Assembly (NCBI GenBank): GCA_025929315.1
Contig: JAICMI010000004.1
Coordinates: 1 to 53,250, forward strand
Origin: Frankiaceae bacterium
GTDB lineage: Bacteria > Actinomycetota > Actinomycetes > JAFAQI01
DNA length: 53,250 bases
Direction of reading: 5' to 3'
Positions 47,028 through 53,250 of this stretch are shown here, piece by piece. Position 1 is the stretch's first letter. The number at the start of each line of letters is the position of its first letter. Below the pieces are notes generated by a model. The model did no database searches. It was not told where the DNA came from and saw nothing but the letters and a program-made list of their open reading frames with translations. A program made the position numbers and the translations under genes.

Positions 47028-47431
47028 TGCCGACCCGCGTTCTCATCGCCAAGCCGGGGCTCGACGGGCACGACCGCGGTGCAAAGCTCGTCGCCCGCGC
47101 CCTGCGTGACGCCGGCTTCGAGGTGATCTACCTGGGGTTGCGGCAGCGCCCCGACGCCATCGCCAGCGTCGCGGTGCAGGAAGACGTGCAGGTGGTCGGC
47201 CTGTCCATCCTGTCGGGTGCCCATGTGCCACTGACGGCCAAGACGGCGGAGGCCCTACGCGCCGCCGGTGCCGACGACATCAAGCTCGTCGTCGGCGGAA
47301 CCATTCCGTCGAAGGACGTCGCCCGCTTGCAAGCGGCGGGCGCGGCCGCAGTGTTCCCGACCGGCACTGACCTGGATGTTGTTGTCGACGCGATGCGCGC
47401 GCTGGCACAGAACATGGACTCTGTCTCTTAG
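47027..47431 (+). CDS. Stand-alone cobalamin-binding small subunit of the acyl-CoA mutase
   Basis: KPGLDGHDRG (DxHxxG), GLSILSGAH, VGGTIP; TGATG coupling. Confidence 0.93.
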
Positions 47432-47443
47432 GGAGCTGCGGCA

Positions 47444-48721
47444 ATGTCTACGTACGAGACGATCGACTTCTTCAGCGACCCGTCGCTCGTCGCAGATCCG
47501 TACCCCTATTTCGACGACCTTCGCGACGTGGCCCCGGTGCTGCCGTTGCCACATCTCGGTGTGGTGGCGATCACGGGTTATGACGAGGCGGTCGAGGTCT
47601 ACCGCGACCCGGACACCTTCTCCTCCTGCAACTCTGTCGTCGGGCCCTATGCGACCTTCCCGGTGCCGCTCGAAGGTGACGATGTCGGCGACGTGATCGA
47701 CCAGTACCGCGACAAGCTGCCGATGTTCGAGCACATGGTCACCATGGACCCGCCGCAGCACACCCGCGAGCGAGCGGTCCTCATGAAGCTGATCACGCCG
47801 AAGCGGCTCAAGGAGAACGAAGACTTCATCTGGCGCGCGGCCGACCAGCAGCTCGACGAGTTCATCGCCGAGGGCAAGTGCGAGTTCATCCGCGCCTACA
47901 CCCAGCCGTTCGCGATGCTGGTCGTCGCCGACCTGCTCGGCGTGCCGGAGTCCGACCACGAGATGTTCCGCCAGGGGTTCGGGCTGAGCGCGTCGCCCGG
48001 CATGATGGGTGCCGGCGACCAGCACGGCGACAACCTCAACGCACTGTCCTGGCTGGACGACACATTCATCCGCTACGTCGAAGAGCGGCGCCGCGAGCCG
48101 CGCGACGACTACCTCACCCACATGGCCCTCGCGACCTACCCGGACGGAACGCTGCCCGACGTCGAGTCCGTCGTCCGGACCGCGACCTTCCTCTTCGCGG
48201 CGGGACAGGAGACCACCGCGCGGCTGCTCGCGGCAGCGCTGAAATACCTCGCCGAGAACCCGGCGGTGCAGGACGAGCTCCGCCAGCACAAGGAGCGCGT
48301 TCCGGAGTTCATCGAGGAGACGCTGCGGGTCGAGAGCCCGGTCAAGACCGACTTCCGGCTGGCCCGGCGTACGACGACGATCGGCGGAGTCGAGATCAAG
48401 GCGGGCATGCCGGTGATGCTGCTCAACGGCGCCGCCAACCGCGACCCGCGCCAGTTCGAGTGCCCGGCCAAGTTCGACATCGACCGCGCCGGCATCCGCA
48501 CTCACATCGCCTTCGGGCGCGGCACCCACTCCTGCCCGGGCGGTCCGCTGGCCAGGGTCGAGGGCCGCATCAGCGTCGAGCGGATCCTCGACCGGATGCG
48601 TGACATCCGGCTGTCCGACGAACATCACGGCCCGGCCGGTGCGCGTCGCTTCGACTACGAGCCGACCTGGATCCTGCGCGGCCTCAGCAAGCTGCACCTG
48701 GAGTTCACTCCGGTGGGGTGA
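47444..48721 (+). CDS. Cytochrome P450 (CYP150-like)
   Basis: PMFEHMVTMDPP, LITPKRLKENEDF, AAGQETT, ETLR, FGRGTHSCPG. Confidence 0.9.
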   Translation: MSTYETIDFFSDPSLVADPYPYFDDLRDVAPVLPLPHLGVVAITGYDEAVEVYRDPDTFSSCNSVVGPYATFPVPLEGDDVGDVIDQYRDKLPMFEHMVTMDPPQHTRERAVLMKLITPKRLKENEDFIWRAADQQLDEFIAEGKCEFIRAYTQPFAMLVVADLLGVPESDHEMFRQGFGLSASPGMMGAGDQHGDNLNALSWLDDTFIRYVEERRREPRDDYLTHMALATYPDGTLPDVESVVRTATFLFAAGQETTARLLAAALKYLAENPAVQDELRQHKERVPEFIEETLRVESPVKTDFRLARRTTTIGGVEIKAGMPVMLLNGAANRDPRQFECPAKFDIDRAGIRTHIAFGRGTHSCPGGPLARVEGRISVERILDRMRDIRLSDEHHGPAGARRFDYEPTWILRGLSKLHLEFTPVG

Positions 48722-49556
48722 GCAGCGCCTTCGGCACGTGGTTGAGCCAGCCTTCGTCCGGCCAGTTGAACCAACCGGCCGAGGCATGCGCCCCGCCGTC
48801 GGGATGCAGCGTCTGCCCGGTGACGTAGGCCGAGAGCTTCGAGGCGAGAAACACGACGCTGCTGGAGACATCGCTGACCAGGCCCGGCCGTCCCATCGGG
48901 ATGGCGATGCGGATCGCGGCCTCGCTCGACATGGCGGAGGCGTCACCGGCGATACGCGCAAGATTCGGTGTCGGCACATAGTCGGGTGCCACGTTGTTGA
49001 CCCGAATCCCGTGCGGCGCTTCCTCGAGGGCGAGCGTGCGGGCGAACTGCTCGATAGCGGCCTTGGCGGCCGAGTAGACGGCAAAGCCGGGCGCGGCACG
49101 ATGCGCCTCGATCGTCGTGATGTTGACGATGCTGCCGCCGCCACCCGCGCGCATCCGCGGGATCGCGAGCGCGCAGGCATGAAGGACCGGGAACAGGTTG
49201 GCGCGCAGGAGGGCGTCCCAACCCTTCGGTCGGGTCTCGACGAACGGTGCCCGGAAGGTGCCGCCGACGACGTTGACCAACGTGTCGAGCCGTCCCCACC
49301 GGTCGTCGACCTCGGCGAACAGCGCGGTCAACGCGGTTTCGTCCCGGCCGTCGCCGTCGTGGACCACCGCATCGATGTCCCGCTCGCGCAACGTGTCACG
49401 CAGGTCGGCAGTCGCGGTCTGGTCGATGTCGATGACCGCGGGTCGCACGCCGTTGGTGACGAGGTCTTCGACGATGCCGAGGCCGAGCCCGCCCGCCCCG
49501 CCGGTCACGACGGCAACTGACCCGGCCAGGCCGCTGCGCTCGTCGAACCACGTCAT
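48705..49556 (-). CDS. SDR family oxidoreductase
   Basis: TGGAGGLG and YSAAK motifs. Confidence 0.88.
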   Translation of the reverse strand: MTWFDERSGLAGSVAVVTGGAGGLGLGIVEDLVTNGVRPAVIDIDQTATADLRDTLRERDIDAVVHDGDGRDETALTALFAEVDDRWGRLDTLVNVVGGTFRAPFVETRPKGWDALLRANLFPVLHACALAIPRMRAGGGGSIVNITTIEAHRAAPGFAVYSAAKAAIEQFARTLALEEAPHGIRVNNVAPDYVPTPNLARIAGDASAMSSEAAIRIAIPMGRPGLVSDVSSSVVFLASKLSAYVTGQTLHPDGGAHASAGWFNWPDEGWLNHVPKALLTPPE

Positions 49557-49569
49557 CGCCTGCTCATCC

Positions 49570-50472
49570 TCACGTGATGTAGGTGGCACCGAAGTCGTCG
49601 AGGAAGCGGAAGGTCGTCTCCGGTGTCCGGGTGTCGCCGCCGCCGACGATGAGCCAGGTGACTCCTGCGGCTTCGAGCGCGCTGAAGGCTTCCCGGTGCC
49701 GATCCGCATCGGTGGTGGGATCGGCGAGCGTCGGGTCGGTGTAGCTGCTGAGGATGTCGATCGGCTGCCGACGTGAGGCGCGCGCCCACTCCTGCGTCTG
49801 TGCGATCAGCTCGGCAAGCTCAGACTCGGACTCGATGTGCCGGGTGCGTGCGGTGACGGAGAGCTGCGGCGGACCGAGCATCGGCATCCATCCCTGGGCG
49901 CGCTCCGCGGCGCGGCGGCGACTCAGCGTCGAGTTGCCGCCGATCCAGATCGGGATCGGTTGCTGCACCGGACGCGGGAGCGCGATCACCTCGCGCGCCG
50001 CGAAGTGCTTGCCCGCATAGCTGAAGGGCTCTCCCGCCCAGTGCAGTGGGAGCACGTCCAAGGCTTCGTCGAACAGCTCGTTGCGCTCGTCGATGTCGAC
50101 GCCGAGAGCGCGAAACTCCGTCTTGTTGTAGCCGGTGCCGAGACCGAGGATCATCCGGCCGCGGGACAGCTTGTCGACGGTGGCGGCGGTCTTCGCCAGG
50201 AGGAGCGGGTTGCGGTACGGCGCGACGGCGAGGTGGGTCAAGAGCCGGATCCGACTTGTCGACGTCGCGACCGCGCCGAGCGCGACGAACGGATCGAGAC
50301 TCTGGTGCCCGCCCGACTCCAGCCACCGGGCGCCCGGGGCCGGATGGTCGGTGAGGGCGAAGGCGTCGAAGCCGGCTGCTTCGGCACGCGCCGCGACGTC
50401 TGCGGGTTGTCCGGGTTCGAGCAGGTCCCGGTCGCCTCCGTCGGTCTGCGGGTAGTGGAAGACGAAGCGCAT
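49570..50472 (-). CDS. LLM-class F420-dependent oxidoreductase (Rv2161c-like)
   Basis: LTDHP, DPFVAL, YRNP.LLAK.AATVD.LS.GR, IWIGGNS. Confidence 0.85.
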   Translation of the reverse strand: MRFVFHYPQTDGGDRDLLEPGQPADVAARAEAAGFDAFALTDHPAPGARWLESGGHQSLDPFVALGAVATSTSRIRLLTHLAVAPYRNPLLLAKTAATVDKLSRGRMILGLGTGYNKTEFRALGVDIDERNELFDEALDVLPLHWAGEPFSYAGKHFAAREVIALPRPVQQPIPIWIGGNSTLSRRRAAERAQGWMPMLGPPQLSVTARTRHIESESELAELIAQTQEWARASRRQPIDILSSYTDPTLADPTTDADRHREAFSALEAAGVTWLIVGGGDTRTPETTFRFLDDFGATYIT

Positions 50473-51255
50473 CTACTTGGGCTGCAACCGGGCGCCGCCG
50501 TCGACGCGAAGCGTCTCGGCGTTCATGTAGGAATTGGTCAGCAGCTCCACGATCATCGTGGCGAGCTCGTCGGCCGTGCCCAGTCTCTTGGGGAAGAGCA
50601 CGTCGCGCTTGAGCGTGTCCTTGAAGGCCTCGCTGGCCGGACCCTCGCCGTAGATCGGTGTGTCGAACAGACCGGGCGCCACGCAGTTGAGACGTACACC
50701 GACGACCGCGAGATCGCGCGCGATCGGCAACGTCATGCCGACGACCCCGCCCTTGCTCGCGCTGTAGGCGGCCTGTCCGATCTGCCCGTCGAACGCTGCG
50801 AGAGAGGCGAGGGTGACGATCGCCCCGCGCTCGCCTGACTCGCCCACCGGTTCGGTGCGACCCATGGCCGTGGCCGCGAGACGGATCGTGTTGAACGTCC
50901 CGACGAGGTTGACCGTGAGCACCTTCTGGAAGGCACCGAGGTCGTGCGCCGAAGCGAACTCGCCGTCCTTGCCGATCGTGCGACCGGCCCAGCCGATGCC
51001 GGCAGCTGTCACGCATGTCCGCAGCGGCCCGAGCCGCTCTGCGGCGGTGACCGCGTCGACCACCTGGTCGGTGTCCGTGACGTCGGCGCGGACGTAGTCC
51101 CCGCCGATCTCCTGTGCGACGGACTTGCCGCGGTCGTCGTTGAGATCGGCGACGAGCACCTTGGCGCCGCGGGAGGCGAGCAACCGTGCGGCGGCCTCAC
51201 CGAGACCGGAGGCACCGCCGGTCACAAGGGAGGAGGTGTCTGTGAGGTCCAGCAT
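50473..51255 (-). CDS. Type II 3-hydroxyacyl-CoA dehydrogenase (HSD17B10-like SDR)
   Basis: TGGASGLG, AFDGQIGQAAYSASKGGVVGMTLP. Confidence 0.92.
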   Translation of the reverse strand: MLDLTDTSSLVTGGASGLGEAAARLLASRGAKVLVADLNDDRGKSVAQEIGGDYVRADVTDTDQVVDAVTAAERLGPLRTCVTAAGIGWAGRTIGKDGEFASAHDLGAFQKVLTVNLVGTFNTIRLAATAMGRTEPVGESGERGAIVTLASLAAFDGQIGQAAYSASKGGVVGMTLPIARDLAVVGVRLNCVAPGLFDTPIYGEGPASEAFKDTLKRDVLFPKRLGTADELATMIVELLTNSYMNAETLRVDGGARLQPK

Positions 51256-51267
51256 GCGGTTCTCCGC

Positions 51268-51306
51268 TCATGGTCGGGGTTCCGCAGTCTGCCACGCCGA
51301 CCATGA
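51268..51306. other. Intergenic stem-loop (10-bp stem, 19-nt loop)
   Basis: TCATGGTCGG...CCGACCATGA between co-directional genes. No U-tract. Confidence 0.55.
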
Positions 51307-51308
51307 CG

Positions 51309-51644
51309 TCACGGCTTCAGTTCGAGGATGCAGTCCATGCTGGCCGCCCCGCTGTCCGGCACCCGCGCCTGCCGCCACACCTCGACCGGGAACGACACGT
51401 TGACCAGCGAGCAGTAGAGGTAGAGGAGGTTGTTGGCCTCCGCCGGCAACGAGTTGAGCTCGTGCTGGTCGAGGTAGCTCAAGGCGTCGTCGAGACGCGG
51501 GAACGCTGCGTCGTAGAACTCCTGCATGTCGTCCATCGAGCTGGCGAGACGCTTGGCGTAACGCTCACCCTCGCTGAACAGCACCCAGTCGCTGAACTGC
51601 TCGAGATCCTTGAACTCCGGAGGCAATGTCGTCGACATGCTCAT
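51309..51644 (-). CDS. Conserved acidic hypothetical protein coupled to the Rieske oxygenase
   Basis: MSMSTTLPPEFKDLEQFSDW..ERYAKRLASSM..MQEFYDA; ATGA overlap. Confidence 0.75.
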   Translation of the reverse strand: MSMSTTLPPEFKDLEQFSDWVLFSEGERYAKRLASSMDDMQEFYDAAFPRLDDALSYLDQHELNSLPAEANNLLYLYCSLVNVSFPVEVWRQARVPDSGAASMDCILELKP

Positions 51645-52897
51645 CCCTTCTGCCGCAGGTAGTCGTCGACGAACCCGTGCGCGGTCTGGTGCAGGTGCCT
51701 CAGCAGCACTTCTTGGTCGTTGAGCGGGAACTCGCGTACGGCTTGCGACTCGAGCATCGTCTGCGTCGCTTCGAGAGTGTTGCCGTCCTGCAGTGCGTAT
51801 TCCTTGAACGTCACAGCGGCAAGCTCCTGCCCGAGTCGCTCGCGAGCGTTCTTGGGAGGTACGAAGTAGAGCGCGCCTTCGAAGATGTGGGTGTTGTAGG
51901 ACGTCGGCCAGTAGTGGTAGGTCAGCACCCAGTTCGGCGCCCAGAGCAGCAGCATGAAGTTGGGGAAGAACAGGAACGAGTCGATGCCCCATGCCTTGTG
52001 CCGCACCGGGTTGACGCCTGAGGGGAGCTCGAACTCGATCGGCCGGTCCCACGGACCGAACAGGCCGCTGCGCAGCTTGCGCTCGATCGGCTTGACCATG
52101 CTCTCGTCCTTGGGCGGCGCCATCCCACCCCAGGAAGACTGCATGGAGTGCGGCCCGTCGATGTCGTAGTGCAATGACTCGTAGCCGACGTCCATGAGCT
52201 TGCGCGACTCGTCCTGGACCGCTTGCTTCGCGTGCAGCACAGGTGCGTGGTAGAACTCCGCGAACGCGTCGATGAACAATTTCCAGTTGCTGCCGACGTT
52301 GGCGCGGTATTTCGTCACCTGCGTCATCTGGTCGAACGGATAGCCCTCGATCCCCTTGGCGAAGCGGCCGAGGTAGTCGTGCAGCGGCTGCGCGTCCGGG
52401 TCGAGGTTGACGAAGATGAACCCCTCCCAGATCTCGCAGCGCACCGCCTTCAGGCCGTACTGGCTCTTGTCGACCCCGAAGAACTCGTCTTCCTGCTGGA
52501 TGAAGGTCAGCTCGCCGTCCAGGCCGTACCGCCAGGCGTGGTACTTGCAGGTGAACTGGCGGCAGGTCCCCGCCGTCTCCGCGGCCGGGAAGTCGTTCCA
52601 CACCAGCTTGTTGCCGCGGTGCCGGCAGATGTTGTGGAACGCGCGGATCTGCCCGTCCTTGCCGCGGACCAGGATCAGCGACGTGTCCGCGACCGCCAGT
52701 TCCCTGGTGAAGTAGCTGCCGGTCCTGGGCAGTCGTTCCACCCGCCCGACGTTGAGCCAGGTCCGTTTGAATACCGCCTCCCGTTCGGCCTCGTAATAGG
52801 CGGGATCGACGGAATCGCGGTAATCCACCGGGCTGGTGCCGAGCTCGGGGTAGTGGGCCGTCCAGCTCCCCTCGGCGGGCTTGGCGAAGTGGGGCAC
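51641..52897 (-). CDS. Rieske non-haem iron (ring-hydroxylating-type) oxygenase alpha subunit
   Basis: CRHRG...CKYHAW Rieske ligands; EFYHAPVLH and QD mononuclear-Fe ligands. Confidence 0.92.
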   Translation of the reverse strand: MPHFAKPAEGSWTAHYPELGTSPVDYRDSVDPAYYEAEREAVFKRTWLNVGRVERLPRTGSYFTRELAVADTSLILVRGKDGQIRAFHNICRHRGNKLVWNDFPAAETAGTCRQFTCKYHAWRYGLDGELTFIQQEDEFFGVDKSQYGLKAVRCEIWEGFIFVNLDPDAQPLHDYLGRFAKGIEGYPFDQMTQVTKYRANVGSNWKLFIDAFAEFYHAPVLHAKQAVQDESRKLMDVGYESLHYDIDGPHSMQSSWGGMAPPKDESMVKPIERKLRSGLFGPWDRPIEFELPSGVNPVRHKAWGIDSFLFFPNFMLLLWAPNWVLTYHYWPTSYNTHIFEGALYFVPPKNARERLGQELAAVTFKEYALQDGNTLEATQTMLESQAVREFPLNDQEVLLRHLHQTAHGFVDDYLRQKG

Positions 52898-52902
52898 GAC
52901 AT

Positions 52903-53250
52903 CTACCTCTCGTCTTCTGGCTCGACACCAAAGCTGTTAAAGGCCATCGCCAGCATGAAAATAAGCGCCAACGGTAAACACCAGATCCATCAACTGCCGC
53001 TCGTCCAGATGCCCGGCCAGCGTGCTCCAGGTCCGATCGGACAGGTTGCTGTCCTCGGCCAGCTCGTCCACAGCCGCCAGGACAGCCCGGTCCAGCCTGC
53101 TCCCGTCCAGCCTGCCCCGGTCCGGGCCGCTCTGGTCGAGCTCACCCGCACCCACCGCGCTGACCACACCAGGCGTACTAGCCGCACCATCCGCATCCGG
53201 CCCGATGACCTTGCCGTCCCCAGCAGCCTCGATCTCGGTCTCGGACAGGC
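52903..53250 (-). pseudogene. Carboxymuconolactone decarboxylase/AhpD-like gene, partial and frameshifted (pseudogene or sequence error)
   Basis: Family-like segments fall in three different frames: LSETEIEAA / LDRAVLAAVDEL..LSDRTW..L...QLMDLVFTVGAY / MLAMAFNSFGVEPEDER*. Confidence 0.6.

Overview
A gene-dense, high-GC (roughly 68% by eye) actinobacterial window, probably from a soil Actinomycetota genome or MAG. It is almost entirely a lipid/terpenoid-like catabolic island of about 55 CDSs: neutral ceramidase, three acyl-CoA ligases, a two-subunit (ChsE-type) acyl-CoA dehydrogenase, enoyl-CoA hydratases, five SDRs, ALDH, a Tat-exported GMC oxidoreductase pair, two secreted PQQ-type beta-propellers, a fucA/serA2/xylB-like trio, a CoxLMS-like Mo-hydroxylase, two TetR regulators, two neocarzinostatin-fold-like secreted proteins, a fused ABC importer, a split B12 acyl-CoA mutase, a CYP150-like P450 and a Rieske oxygenase. 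I found no rRNA, tRNA, CRISPR array or transposase. Three things stand out. (1) A 13.1-28.0 kb module of six operons is driven from three divergent promoters that share an AT-rich motif (TCTTCTAAAAGATA; core TCTAAAAGA). It joins extracellular oxidases, a sugar-type kinase/aldolase route and acyl-CoA chemistry, which suggests an undescribed pathway for a polyol-bearing lipid (inference). (2) The B12 acyl-CoA mutase keeps the carboxylate-binding residues but has several pocket-enlarging substitutions. (3) Neocarzinostatin-like secreted proteins sit divergently from a fused ABC importer. Many genes appear leaderless. The last ~350 nt are frameshifted and compositionally different. All family calls come from motif recognition and memory, not from database searches.
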